Positions 1 through 12,588 of a DNA stretch of 64,000 nt are shown piece by piece. The notes under the pieces were generated by a model. The model was given only the letters and a program-made list of their open reading frames with translations, did not search any database and was not told the DNA's origin. Source of the DNA: Octopus sinensis (lineage: Eukaryota). The first letter of the stretch is position 1; each line of letters opens with the position of its first letter. The translations under genes were made by a program, and so were the position numbers. The DNA is taken from positions 22,940,001 to 23,004,000 of the forward strand of contig NC_043020.1 in assembly GCF_006345805.1 (NCBI RefSeq), given 5' to 3'.

Positions 1-804
1 CTACTTACCTCACAGCCACTATATATATATATATATATGTATTATATAAAATCTCTTCTTTCTGTCTGTGAGTGTGTCTTCTAGGATCTCGGGAATCCTC
101 GTTCCGAACACCAACCACCTTACAGTGTGGACCGGGTACTTTTAACTGGCACCTGCACTGACAGGGTCACCAAGTACTTGCAATACAGGAAAAAAGTGTG
201 AATATACGCATGTCTGTTTGGGTATATATGCATGTGTGTGTACAAATATATGCATGGTTGTGTGAATATATGTGTGCTTGTATGTATATTTGTGTGTGTG
301 AACGTTTGCTTGTTTGTGTGAATATATGCATGTCTGCTTGGGTATATATATATATGCGTGTATGAATGTATGCATGCTTGCGTGTATATGTATTTGCGTG
401 TGTGTGTATGTGGGAATATGTGTGTTTGGATGTATGTGTATTTGTGTATTTGTGTGTGTGTATGTGTGAATACATGTTTGCTTGTGTGTGAATATATGCA
501 TGCCTGCTTGGGTATATATGCGTGTGTGTGTATATTTATTTGCATGTGTGTGTGTGAATACATATGTTTGGATGTATGTGTCTGTGTGTTAGTGTGTGTG
601 TGAATACATATGTTTGGATGTATGTGTCTGTGTGTTAGTGTGTGTGTGTGTGAATATCATCATCATTTAACGTCCGCTTTCATGCTAGCATGGGTTGGAT
701 GGATATGTGTTTGCTTGTGTGTATGTATATTTGTGTGTGAGGATGTGTGTGTGAATATGTGTTTATAACATAGTCATCTAATATGTCTGTTGTGCATGTT
801 TCAG

Positions 805-926
805 GAAGGTGATGCTGAAATTGCTGCCAAAATGCAAGACTTGGCTCTTGGAGAAGGTGCTTTACCCAAACATCTCCACACAGCCATGTTCACACAAAGT
901 GCCGATAGTCGCATGCTGACTAACAG
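805..926 (+). CDS. DNAJC13: DNAJC13 exon ([41 protein letters not shown])
   Basis: ttcag| ... |gtgagt; strong similarity to RME-8. Confidence 0.95.
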
Positions 927-1031
927 GTGAGTGGAAAATTCTACATACCCTTCGCTTCCGGGGAGGTTAGGCCTCAACGTTGTGTAGCTCCGCATCAACC
1001 CTGATTTATGTAGTTCTCCATCAAGAAGATT

Positions 1032-1412
1032 ACTTACTACCTGGGTGGATTGAGTCGGCTTCTTCCACCACTCTCGAGGAATCTCGAACCACAGCAGTGG
1101 AACAAGTTTTGTGGGAATAGGAATTTCACAAGCGGTCCCCAACAATCCCGCATGTGGAGACATCCTGTTTGCCGCAGATTGTCCGCAGACGCAGAGATGG
1201 AACGAAAGAGGAGCCGCTGGTTGCCGAATCAGACACTCCGAGGATTTTCACCAGAGCCCCGTCTGCCGGGTTGTGGCCCTAATATCACTCGGTGTCCGAC
1301 CAATCCGCCTTGGGTGGCCCTACCAGGAACCGAAGTTCCCGACGGCATAGTTCTGATGCTACCCATTGCCAGCGTCTCCACCACGGTGAGGAGGGGATGG
1401 ACTTTAGGCACG
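1032..1412 (-). mobile_element. Bipartite RTE-derived non-autonomous retroelement, full length with 13-bp TSD
   Basis: TSD catcaagaagatt at 1019-1031 and 1413-1425; RTE-type 5' UTR motif (ctatgccg..ggtagggccacccaaggcgg); 3' end resembles the RTE end at 42040-42270. Confidence 0.75.
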
Positions 1413-1469
1413 CATCAAGAAGATTGGGTGTGATTTGAGGGAGAATTGATGGCTATGGGAATTTGAGCC

Positions 1470-1765
1470 TGCAGTCACTGCTGCTGATGTTGTTGTTGTT
1501 GTTGTTGTTAAGCAACAAGACAGGTAAGGGCGATGAGGTGCGGGAGACCCAAGACCTTGGAAAAAAAAAAACTTTGGTCGTCTTCTAGTTGAGAGCTCTT
1601 TGTTGATGTCCGACACCACTGGTGGCCCTCGAAGTCGGTGAAAATGGAGATCTCCAGGTCCAAACCCTTGGAAAGCTGCTGCAGCTCTCCAGGTCCAAAT
1701 TCTTGGACGGCTGCTGCAGATCTCCAGGTCCAAATTCTTGGACGGCTGCTGCAGCTGTTGTTGTT
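1470..1765. repeat. Unclassified interspersed repeat with internal (agatctccaggtccaaa) sub-repeats; second copy at about 38120-38365
   Basis: Two similar copies visible in the window. Confidence 0.6.
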
Positions 1766-2005
1766 GCTCTGACTTACATAAGGATACGTGGAAGTGTGTG
1801 TGTGTGTGATCTCTGTGTTGTTTGGTCTGAGGTGTATGGTATCAAGTACATTGTGGTACTTGTGGTCTGTTGTACTCTGAACCTGGTACAGTATGATCTG
1901 TGTTTGTGTAATGCACCCTGTATGATGTTTAGTGTGTATACTATACATTGGTGGGTGTGTATATTGTGATTCGTGTGTATATTACGGTCTGTCTATTATA
2001 GTCTT

Positions 2006-2045
<40 letters not shown>

Positions 2046-2511
2046 TCTAATGTGTGTGTATGTTGTGATCAGTGTGTGTGCATTGTAACCTCTGTATATT
2101 ATAGTCTGTGTGTGAATATATTGTGATCTGTGTGTACATGTGTGTGTGTGTGTATATATAGTTTGTTGAGTGTGTATGTTGCGATCTGTTTTCTGGGTGC
2201 ATGTTGTGATCTGTATGTATGTGTGGGTGTGTATATATATATATTAGAAGGTTTGGAGATGATGTACAGGTATTTTATATTAGAAGAAATGAGGTACTCA
2301 GAAATTCGGATGGTTTTATATTTACAGATATTTATTTGTATGTTACATGTTTTTATACATCATATAACTTATATCATATATCATATATTAGCGCTTTCGT
2401 CCATTATAGTGTATGTATATATATATACACACACATTACTATTTAGCTTTGTTGACATTACTTATTAATGTGGAATCAATAAGTGAAATTGAATTCTTTC
2501 ATCTTTTGCAG

Positions 2512-2587
2512 ACAACTGAGTCGTCATCTGGTTGGACTTTGGGTGACTGGTCACCCCACAGCTATGCATCTACTTGGGAGAATAATG
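2512..2587 (+). CDS. DNAJC13: DNAJC13 exon (QLSRHLVGLWVTGHPTAMHLLGRIM)
   Basis: ttgcag| ... |gtaact; phase 2-0. Confidence 0.94.
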
Positions 2588-2858
2588 GTAACTTGTTACA
2601 TTTTCTGGTGCCAGTAATATTGACGCTAACCCATTTTTTTTTTGTTTCATTTTCATCTTTAAGAATATAGCAGAGGATGTGGCAAAAAAACCTCCTCCCA
2701 GTTTCACCATTCTTGATGTGTAGAAATACGGGAGGTTTTTCTGCCGCAGTCCCTATTAACCCTTTAGCATTTGGAGGACTCTGTCAAATTAATACTCTTT
2801 TATTTACCTTGTTTTGAACTGACCCAACCTTTGAGCAAAATTAGATGGATGGAAATTT

Positions 2859-3060
2859 GGATCTTTTCGGTTTGAACGGCAGTTTTTTCTAGCGGTGTCA
2901 TATGAAATTGTCACCCATAATTATGACCCTAGTATCGATCTATTGCATTTCAATCTGTTTTAGGGTTAGGGTTAGGGGTGGGGGGAAGGGTATCTTTTTT
3001 TCTTCACAAATGTAAATAAACTCAATCTGTTTCTTAAACGCGGGACATATTCACACGGCA
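2859..3060 (+). mobile_element. Truncated GGATC-TIR MITE (left end only)
   Basis: Starts ggatcttttcggtttgaacggcagttttt; same family as 16266-16688. Confidence 0.75.
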
Positions 3061-3225
3061 TCTACCCAAACTAGCATTGGGAGATAAGGGGTGGGGTCAG
3101 TCACCAATGGTTTTTAAACTGGGGGTAGTTTTACCTCTTTGAGTTTGTTATTTTTGTTGTTTGCTGCTGACATGGTTTTGTTTTTTATTTTCTTTTTGTT
3201 CATTGTTTCTCTCTTTGTTTTCCAG

Positions 3226-3321
3226 CCAAGTGGCCTGCTGTCCTACCTGGACTCACCTGACGAGGTACCAACTATTGAAGAGGACAAACTACACGTGAGA
3301 GACAATGTAAAGCTGGCTCAG
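3226..3321 (+). CDS. DNAJC13: DNAJC13 exon (PSGLLSYLDSPDEVPTIEEDKLHVRDNVKLAQ)
   Basis: tccag| ... |gtgaga. Confidence 0.95.
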
Positions 3322-3416
3322 GTGAGAATTGTTTCGTCTTCAACCCCTTCCTTATAGTATCCCTGCTGAAAAACATTACCCTTGTTTCAACTAATTGGGA
3401 AAATTATGAAGAATTT

Positions 3417-3730
3417 CATCATCATCATCATCGTTTAACGTCCGTTTTCCGTGCTAGCACGGGTTGGATGATTCGACCGGGGTCTGGGAAGCCAGGAGGC
3501 TGCGGCAGGCTCCAGTCTGATCTGGCAGTGTTTCTACAGCTGGATGCCCTTCCTAATGCCAACCACTCCGTGGGTTTAGTGGGTGCTTTTTATGAGCCAC
3601 TGGCACAGGCCAGAGGAGGCTGGCAATGGCCACGATCTGTTGGTGCTTTTTACATGCCACCGGCATGGGTATCACAACTACAATTTCCATTTGATTTTTA
3701 TTTTGATGTTGATGTACTTGACTCAAGTAC
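3417..3730 (-). mobile_element. SINE-like family A with (GAT)n tail
   Basis: Core ggatgcccttcctaa(c/t)gccaaccactc recurs more than 10 times in the window. Confidence 0.75.
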
Positions 3731-3999
3731 ATCAGATGTAACTGATGGGATGCCAGTCTTACAAAGCACTCAACTGCAAGAACATCTTACGTCAGCACAT
3801 GCTATGTTTTGCACTCTTTCTGCATACACACTGATGTGTTGCATTCTAATGCAGTGAGACCTGTGTCTTGGAGTCCTTGTAAATTCTTGACACAGTTCTT
3901 TCTTCTCTGATTAAATACCATAAAAGGAAAAGGAAAAAGTGAGAGGTAGTATACAAAAAAGCTGTTGTAGTTTTGGTTGGAGAATCTAAGAGTTGATTG

Positions 4000-4335
4000 A
4001 GACCCCCTTCGGTCACGAATGACCATGGGATTGCACCTAGAAAGTTACCCTCCGAGGCACAAGTCTGGGCCAGGTTGTTTATGGAAGACCAGTAGTCGCC
4101 CATGCATACTGATGTCCTCTCTCCACACCACCAATGTTATCCAAGGGAAAGGCAAAGGCTGATACAGATTGGCACCAATGATGTTGCAACTCATTTCTAC
4201 AGCTGAGTGAACTGGAGCAACGCGAAATAAAGTGTCTTGCTCAAGAACACAACATGCAGCCCGGTCCAGGAATCGAGCTCACAACCTCGCGATCGTAAGC
4301 TCGATGCTCTAACCACTGAGCCATGCACCTTCCAC
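4000..4335 (-). mobile_element. tRNA-derived SINE family D
   Basis: Head ggctcagtggttagag..tcgattcctggaccggg, core tgtgttcttgagcaagacact; other copies at about 26390, 38495, 51990, 55460, 60085 and 63760. Confidence 0.78.
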
Positions 4336-4764
4336 ATGGAGAAGGCTAAGAGCAGACACAGAATATTTGTGGTAGAAATGGTTGGAGTGTGTTTGGTGAG
4401 TAAGTTTTGTCATATGGTTGGGACAGCATGGTTCTTTTTTTTTGGGGGATGTGGGTCTATGGTCTTTGTATGTAGAAGCAGCGCTGTACCAGATATCTGA
4501 GCAATGTTATAATGAGGTCTTGGGTGGTTTTTGTGCAAGTGTGTCTGTGTAGCAGCTGCCCTGTCACAGGTACGTGAGGCTTATATGCCTGTAGGTAACA
4601 GCTGTAATGCCCTGAATATATGTGAACAGTATTGTATCGTGGATCTGGGATACCCATTGTATGTGTGTGTGTGTGTGTGTGTAACAGCTGCTGTGTTGTC
4701 TTTGCTATGTGAACAGTATTGTAATTTGGATCTATGATCTATCATACCTACCTCTTTGTATATA

Positions 4765-5770
4765 TATTTATTTCTTTACTGCTCACAAGGGGCTAAACAC
4801 AGAGGGGACAAACAAAGAGAGACAAACGGATTAAGTTGATTACATCGACCCCAGTACATAACTGGTACTTAATTTATCGACCCCCGAAAGGACGAAAGAC
4901 AAAGTTGACCTCGGCGGAATTTGAACTCAGAACGTAATGGCAGACGAAATACGGCTACGCATTTCGCCTGGTGTGCTAACGTTTCTGCCAGCTCGCCGCC
5001 TTTTATATATATGTATATATGTGTGTTTATGTGTGGGTGAATAACAGTTGCACTGTTACAGATGTGTGAGCAGTCCATCAATGTCAACAATCTAAGATTA
5101 AAATAAACCAAAATCTCACAAAGGTTGAGTGGAAATAAACCTTAAACCTTAAACCTTCACTATTATAAATAAAGGCAGTGGACCGGCAGAAGTGTTTGCA
5201 CTCCAGAGAAATTGCTTAGCAGTATTTCATTCGTCTTAATGTTCTGAGTTCAAATTCTGCCAATGTCGATTTTGTTTCTTTTCCTTCCTTTCGGGGTCAA
5301 TGTAACTGATTAGCCCTTCCTCCTGAAATTTCAGGCTTTGTGACCCGACTGAATCGTTTGTGCTCCAGACAAAATGCTTAGCAAGTATTTTGCCCGTCTT
5401 TTATGTTCTGGGTTCCAATTCTGCCCAGGTCGACTTTGCTTTTTCTCCTTTCAGTGGGGTTGATGAAATAACTACCCTGGAGGTCTGTGTAACTGACTAG
5501 CCCCTTCCCCCAAAATTTCAGGCCTGGTGCTTATTGTAGAAAGGGTTATTGTAAATTAATTTTAGGTGGCAAACTGGCAGAATTGTTACTGTGCCGGAAA
5601 AAATACTTTCATCAGTCTCTACGTCCTGAGTTCAAATTCCACTGAGGTCGACTTTTCTTTTCATGCTTTTGGGGTCAATAAGTTAAGTACTAGTGAAACA
5701 CTGAGGTTGATATAATCAACCAGTTCCCTCCCACCAAATTTCAAGCCTTGTGCATGTAGGAGAAAGGGTT
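4765..5770. mobile_element. Cluster of tRNA-derived MetaSINE-like family B (one - copy, three + copies)
   Basis: A box ggcgagctggcagaa, B box gagttcaaattc, central gcctttcatcctttcggggtcgataaattaagtaccag. Confidence 0.75.
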
Positions 5771-6123
5771 ATTTTAAATGAATTCCTTTTTTTGGAATGT
5801 TTAGTCTTAAATCAGATAAGCTTAGAATAAAATTTCTAAAATGAATAGAGGAATTCAAATAATTTCTTTGGTGCAATGGTAGAACATCTATTTTGTTTAC
5901 AGGAGATGTGGGTTCTAATCTCATTGGCAGCTTTCGATTTTTTTATTTTTTATTTAAATATTATCCAATATTTGCATATTGTATTTATAGCTTATCTGCT
6001 TCAAAATCAAACGAATCCTGGAAAGAATAATTTCATGTTCTCTAAAATTATAAATGATCTTTTTTTCTCCCCGCTTTTTTAAAATTAATTCTGTCTATTT
6101 CCCTTTGTTTGTAAATTTTTTAG

Positions 6124-6237
6124 GACCGGCAAAACAGACACAAGAAAAATCCACAACTCCAGTTGATTGAGAAAAAAATTGACCACTTTCTTCAACATTG
6201 GCGAGCTCAGATGGGATTGGAATCTAGTAAAAAACAG
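6124..6237 (+). CDS. DNAJC13: DNAJC13 exon (DRQNRHKKNPQLQLIEKKIDHFLQHWRAQMGLESSKKQ)
   Basis: ttttag| ... |gtaaat; HWR..MG motif. Confidence 0.92.
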
Positions 6238-6261
6238 GTAAATTGGAATTTTTTTACTGTT

Positions 6262-6770
6262 TTTACTCTTTTACTCTTTTACATGTTTCAGACATTTGAC
6301 TGTGGCCATGCTGGAGCACCGCCTTTAGTCAAGCAAATCGACCCCAGAACTTATTCTTTGTAAGCCTAGTACTTATTCTATCGGTCTATTTTGCTGAACT
6401 GCTAAGTTACGGGGACATAAACACACCAGCATCGGTTGTCAAGCAATGTTGGGGAGACAAACATAGATACACAAACATACGCACACACATACATATATAC
6501 ATATTAGAGGGAAACCACTATGTGGACATCCTTATGCTAGAAATAGATCCACTATGGTCTTACCACTAAGAAAATATATATATGTATATATACACACACA
6601 CACATACGATGGGCTTCTTTCAGTTTCCTTTTACCAAATCCACTCACAAAGCTTTGGTCGGCCTGAGGCTATAGTAGAAGACACTTGCCTAAGGTGCAAC
6701 ACAGGGGGACTGAACCCGGAACCATGTGGTTGGTAAGCAAGCTACTTACCACACAGCCACTCCTCCACCT
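6262..6770 (-). mobile_element. tRNA-derived SINE family C with internal (TA/TG)n
   Basis: Head ggagtggctgtgtggtaag..gggttcagtccc..ggcaagtgtcttc; tail (gtaaaaga)n; more than 8 copies in the window. Confidence 0.8.
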
Positions 6771-6914
6771 ATTTGTTTATTTTTTTTCTTCATGTGGACC
6801 CCAGCAGGCAACTGCTAGTTGAGAATCTGCCTTGGTCGACTTATCTCTTCATCCTTCCTCAAAACATCAACAGTAATACCAGTACATAACATTGGGCATG
6901 ATATAATTGCTCAA

Positions 6915-7145
6915 GGTGGCGAGCTGGCAGAATCGTTAGCATGTCGGGCGAAATGCTTAGCGGTATTTCGGCTGCCTTTACATTGTGAGTTCAAATTCCG
7001 CCGAGGTCGACTTTGCCTTTCATCCTTTCGGGGTCGATAAATTAAGTACCAGTCACGTACTGGGGTCGATGTAATCGACTTAATACCTATGTCTGTCCTT
7101 GTTTGTCCCCTCTATGTTTAGCCCCTTGTGGGTAATAAAGAAGTA
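6915..7145 (+). mobile_element. Family B SINE, near-complete
   Basis: Matches the family B consensus. Confidence 0.8.
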
Positions 7146-7240
7146 GATATAATTGCTCCAGCATGGCTGCAGTAAAAAAGAAAAAAAAACCCAAAATTCT
7201 GTTTTGTTTCTTTAACATTTCCATTTTTTTTTTTTTGCAG

Positions 7241-7366
7241 AATGATGTAAAACCGATTGTATTACGAAAGCGTCGACAACGAATCAAAAGTGAAGCGAAC
7301 TGGCTTCTCTTTTACCATCATTTCAACCATGATCATGCCAGACCAAATTTAATTTGGAACTATAAG
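7241..7366 (+). CDS. DNAJC13: DNAJC13 exon ([21 protein letters not shown]...NLIWNYK; IWN repeat 1)
   Basis: tgcag| ... |gtatgt. Confidence 0.96.
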
Positions 7367-7583
7367 GTATGTGCCAATTACGTTTTCAATGAAGGACACT
7401 ATCTGGTTTCTCAGCTTGCTAGAAAGAGCAGCCAGATTTTCTTCAAATTATGCTCTCAACTGTTTTAAAATACGAAATGACTCATTGGATAATGTACTCT
7501 TAGATACACTGTGCTTATCAAGTTTCTTGTTTTGTGATTTCTGTATTTTTTATCATACTATTTTTATTTCTTTTTTTCACCAG

Positions 7584-7728
7584 ACGCGAGAAGAGCTACG
7601 GGAAGCTTTGGAGAATGAAATGCGAGCGTTCAATGTTGACCGAGAGTTGGGGTCGAATCACGTTATTGCATGGAACCACCAAGAATTTGAAGTACCTTTT
7701 AACTGTCTAAGTGATGAAATTAAAATTG
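7584..7728 (+). CDS. DNAJC13: DNAJC13 exon ([16 protein letters not shown]...WNHQEFEV...EIKIG)
   Basis: accag| ... |gtatgg. Confidence 0.96.
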
Positions 7729-7884
7729 GTATGGCCCACTTCTTTTACTTTTGGCTTTCTTTGTGTATGTATGTATGTGTGTGTGTGTGCACACAGGCAC
7801 ACACCATTTTTCTTCATCGATCATGATGTCTTGCAGCATCCAGTTGCGTTTGTGTGTGTATATGTATATGGTAATTGTAGTTAA

Positions 7885-8945
7885 GACGCCTGTGCTCATG
7901 ACACGTAAAAGCACCGTTCGAGCATAGCAGTTACTAGCATCGCCTGACTGGCGTCCGTGTTGGTGGCACGTAAAAAGCACCAATCTGATCATGGCCATTG
8001 CCAGCCTCCTCTGGCCCATGCCAGTGGCTCGTAAAAAGCACCCACTAAACCCACGAAGTGGTTGGCGTTAGGAAGGGCATCCAGCTGTAGAAACACTGCC
8101 AGATCAGATTGGAGCCTGGTGCAGCCTCCTGGCTACCCAGACCCCAGTTGAAACGTCCAACCCATGCTAGCATGGAAAACGGATGTTAAACGATGATGAT
8201 TGTGTGTGTTCCTGTCTCCGTGTATTGACTTTTTATGATAATTGTAAACAAATGTCAACAATCATGTAAGCAGTGTCTTTTATTTTTAATATTCTGAGAG
8301 AACATGTCTGGCTGTAGCAAAATATTACCTTAGTTGAAAATGGGTAAGGGTTGACAACAGGAAGGGCATCCAACTGTAGAAAATCCACCACTACAAGCTC
8401 TGTCTAACCCATGCAAGCATGGGAAAGTGGACGTTAAGACAATTGTAACAATCCTTTCTACATCAATCCCAGTACTCAACTGGTACTTGATTTATTGACC
8501 CTAGCGTCACCTTACTGGCACTCGAGCCCTGTGCTAGTAGGGTATTAAGAGCACCATCTGAGCATGATCGTTGCCAGAGCAGCTGTCTGGCCTCTGTGCT
8601 GGTTGCACGTAAAAGACACCTTTCGAGCATGATTGTTACCAGCATTGCTTTACTGGCACCTGTACCGATGGCATGTGTAAAAGATTCAAGCGAGATTGTT
8701 GCCAGTACCGCCTGACTGGCCCCATGGAGGTCGTTGCCAGTACTGCCTGACCGGCCCCGTGCCGGTGGCGTGTAAAAGCACACACTACACTCTCGGAGTG
8801 GTTGGCGTTAGGAAGGGCATCCAGCTGTAGAAACTCTGCCAGATCAAGATTGAAGCCTGGTGCAGCCATCTGGTTCACCAGCCCTCAGTCAAATCGTTCA
8901 ACCCATGCCAGCATTAGAAAGCGGATGTTAAGCGATGATGATGAT
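7885..8945 (+). mobile_element. Cluster of family A copies
   Basis: gtggttggcgttaggaagggcatccagctgtagaaac...gttaaacgatgatgat occurs repeatedly. Confidence 0.75.
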
Positions 8946-9489
8946 GAAAGAAAGAAAGGCAAAGTCGACCATGGCGGAATTTGAACCTAGAATGTAAATA
9001 TGGGCGAAATACTGCTAAGCATTTTGCCTGGCGTGCTAATGATTCTGCCAGCTTGCTGCCTTTAAAACAACAACAATAATAACGATAATAATAATAATGA
9101 TGATGATGACGATAATTTTGATTGTGGGTGTTAGTGTTCCCTTACTTTGACATCATGTGACTGGAAAATCCGTCTTCTTGGATTCTGTATCAGCCTTGGA
9201 AGCATGGAAAAAGTGAGTGTTAAAGTGACACCACTGTCACTGATGATGACGATGATAAAGAGAAGGAAAGAGAGATTGTGTGTGTGTGTATGAGAGAGAG
9301 AGAGAGAGAGAAGAGTAGTGAGTTCCTTTCAGGTACTCCTCGAACCGGCCTCTCTGCTACTGTCTGCAATATGAACAAGCTCCTTGACAACAATAACAAC
9401 TTCAAGTGTTTGCATATTGGCAGTTTCTGAGAGGGCTACACGCCAGCCGCGGCTGGTTTGGCGTTGGGGAAGGAAGGAACGTTACACAA

Positions 9490-9554
9490 CATCTACTACT
9501 GCTGCTACTACTACTACTACTACTACGACATCAGTTGTATTATACTGGCTACTT

Positions 9555-9591
<37 letters not shown>

Positions 9592-9674
9592 CAGCTATTA
9601 CCAGTTGGAGGCGGGGGAAAGGATGTTGCATAACTGCTGCTGCTACTACTACTACGACCACCACCACCACCACC

Positions 9675-9706
<32 letters not shown>

Positions 9707-9726
9707 CACCACCAAAACCAGTTCAC

Positions 9727-9784
<58 letters not shown>

Positions 9785-9842
9785 CACTGCCACCCCCACT
9801 ACTAGTACTACTGCTACTACTACTACTATTACTACTACTGCT
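9490..9842. repeat. (CTA/CTG/CCA)n and (GA)n microsatellites
   Basis: Direct reading. Confidence 0.95.
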
Positions 9843-9970
9843 TTGGTTGTTTATATTGGCATCTCACTTTTCATAGTTTACAGTGGAAGAGTAGACTAGA
9901 GCTACTTGACATTAACAATACAACCATGAACATCACCTTCAGTCATGATAATAATAATAATAATAATAAT

Positions 9971-10360
9971 GAAATTATTGTATACAGTGCTCAGGTGCAC
10001 CACAGCTTGTCAAAAGTGCATATAAAGCATATGCAGTAATGTCTGGGAAGCGAACAGTGTATGAGTCAGATACATGCTTACGTGTGTATGGAGGGGAGAA
10101 AATCAGGTGTAGTGTTGGCGAATCTCAGGAAGCATGGAAGTTTTGAAGGATGCAGTGCTCCGACAACTAACAACTGATGCCGGCAATTTGTTCCATGCTT
10201 CAGCAACTCAGCGTGAAAAAACGTTTCCAAAGTCATGGGAGCTGGGCTGTTTTCTGACTTTGTAAACGTGTCCGCGGTTGTTAGACGGTTGGAGTTTGAA
10301 AAGGTGCTCAGAGTTATTGTTTGTTAGATGGTTAATAATTTTATGGGTGTCTGCCAAGTC
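9971..10360 (-). mobile_element. CR1-type LINE 3' end
   Basis: Minus-strand translation DLADTHKII..RGHVYKV..VAEAWNKLPASVV..ASFK; (TTA)n tail. Confidence 0.8.
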
Positions 10361-10552
10361 ATAAGCTTTGAATTAAATCCTTCCACCAAACCTCAGTCAC
10401 AATTCATGTTCCTAACACTAGCTGAATGATAACTAAGTTATTTTACTAAATTCTTTGTTATATTTAAAGTAATTAAAAGAAACACAGCGCATCTCAATAT
10501 AAATACAGTAACGAAAGGGTTAATGCTTGTTTTTCTCCTCTATTCATCCAAG

Positions 10553-10622
10553 GTGACTATTATCTGCGTTTACTACTGGAGGAAGGGGAAGAATCCACCG
10601 AGACGTTAGGCATAAAGCGATC
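10553..10622 (+). CDS. DNAJC13: DNAJC13 exon (DYYLRLLLEEGEESTETLGIKRS)
   Basis: ccaag| ... |gtaagt; phase 1-2. Confidence 0.94.
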
Positions 10623-10923
10623 GTAAGTAGACTCCCTCTCTCTGTCTGTCTGTCTCTATATTTAAACACACACACACACATACACACAAATGCCCATACA
10701 TACATATACATATGCTGCGGTGTCTCTTGTACATGACTGATAAGGCTTCAAGCAATTTCATTTCCCTTGCTGAGCAACCCCCACTGGTGATTTTGTTTAC
10801 GGGGATCAAAGGTTTGTGTTGCACATTAACTCCCCACCATCAGATTGACATTTTCTCCCTTTTTGGATTCCTCAAAAAGTTTGAATTGTTCTATTTGAAC
10901 TTATTTTTTGTCTCATATATACT

Positions 10924-11296
10924 ATCCCCTCCTCACCGGGGTGGGGACGCTGGCAACGGGTAGTGTCAGAGCTATGCCGTCGGGAACTTCGGTTCCTGGT
11001 AGGGCCACCCAAGGCGGATTGGTCTGACACCGAGTTGTATTAGGGCCACAACCTGGTGAAAATCCTCGGAGTGTCTGTTTCAGCAACCGGCGGCTCCTCT
11101 GTCGTTCTGTCCCTGCTTCTGCGGACAATCTGCGGCAAACAGGATGTCTCTACATGCGGGATTGTTGGGGACCGCTTGTGAAATTCATATCCCCACGAAA
11201 CTTCTTCCACTGCCATGATTCGAGATGCCTTGAGGGTGGTAGAAGAAGCCGACTCAACCCACCCAGGGTGAATGTCGCCACAAGTAATAGTAAGTA
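10924..11296 (+). mobile_element. Second copy of the bipartite RTE-derived element
   Basis: Closely matches the reverse complement of 1032-1412. Confidence 0.75.
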
Positions 11297-11301
11297 TATA
11301 T

Positions 11302-11378
<77 letters not shown>

Positions 11379-11817
11379 AGCCATTCATTAATGTGGATGA
11401 CATTAGGAGGGCATCCAGCTGTAAAAAACCATGGCGAACCAGATCTTGTTGCTACTGGTGTTATGTAAAGAATATTCAGTCCACTCCGTAAAGTTGCTGG
11501 TGTTAGAAAAGGCATCCGACCATAAAAATCATGCCAGAACAGACAATTGGAGTCTGGTGCCTTCCTCTGGCCTGTTAGCTCCTGTTCAGCTGTCCAACCC
11601 ATGCCAGCATGGAAAGCGGACATTAAACGATTATGATGTATGTTGTTTGATTACCAGTTGTGAATTCTTCAAACCTCTACCACACATACACACATACTTT
11701 CTCTGTCTGTCTGTCTCCCCTTGTTTCAAACATGTATGTTTATATATGTTTATATATATGTATATATATATATGTGTATATGTGTATATATATATATCTC
11801 TGCTGTTTAATTACCAG

Positions 11818-11977
11818 TTATGAATTCTTCAATGACCTCTACCACCGTTTCCTGCTGACCACCAAAATTCCAATGAAGTGCATGTGTTTGCAGGCAATGG
11901 CAATAGTATATGGTAAATGCCACCAAGAAATTGGTCCATTCAATGATACACGTTATATTATTGGCATGCTGGAAAGA
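11818..11977 (+). CDS. DNAJC13: DNAJC13 exon ([14 protein letters not shown]...[16 protein letters not shown])
   Basis: accag| ... |gtaagt. Confidence 0.96.
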
Positions 11978-12214
11978 GTAAGTATAACCTCCTCCCCACA
12001 TTGATTTCTAGCGTAGTGATGTAATACCACTTTACTGTCCTTAGTATGACATAACCAGAAAGAATAAAGCAATCTTTTTTGTTCATTCCCTCCCATTCAG
12101 CCTGTCTATGTGATAAATAAGGTAGTTTTAGAGCCATTTGGCATCTTCTTCTAGCATGTGCCATTACTTGGTAGTTGCCCTTATTATAATTTTATAATTG
12201 TATTTATAGTCCCA

Positions 12215-12311
12215 TTGAGTGGCACCTTGGGCAAGTGTCTTCTACTATAGCCTCGGGTCGACCAAAGCCTTGTGAGTGGATTTGGTACACGGAAACTGAA
12301 AGAAGCCTGTC

Positions 12312-12363
<52 letters not shown>

Positions 12364-12546
12364 ATGTTTGTGTCTGTGTTTGTCCCCCTCAGCATCGCTT
12401 GACAACCGATGCTGGTGTGTTTACGTCCCCGTAACTTAGCAGTTCGGTAAAAGAGACCGATAGAATAAGTCCTGGAGTCGATTTGCTTAACCAAAGGCGG
12501 TGCTCCAGCATGGCCGCAATCAAATGACTGAAACAAGTAAAAGAGT
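12215..12546 (+). mobile_element. Family C SINE
   Basis: Matches family C. Confidence 0.78.
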
Positions 12547-12553
12547 GTGTATG

Positions 12554-12588
<35 letters not shown>

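Noticed and set aside
2958-2980. TTAGGG repeats as an interstitial telomere
   Set aside because: Only 2-3 units, and internal to a MITE seen four times.
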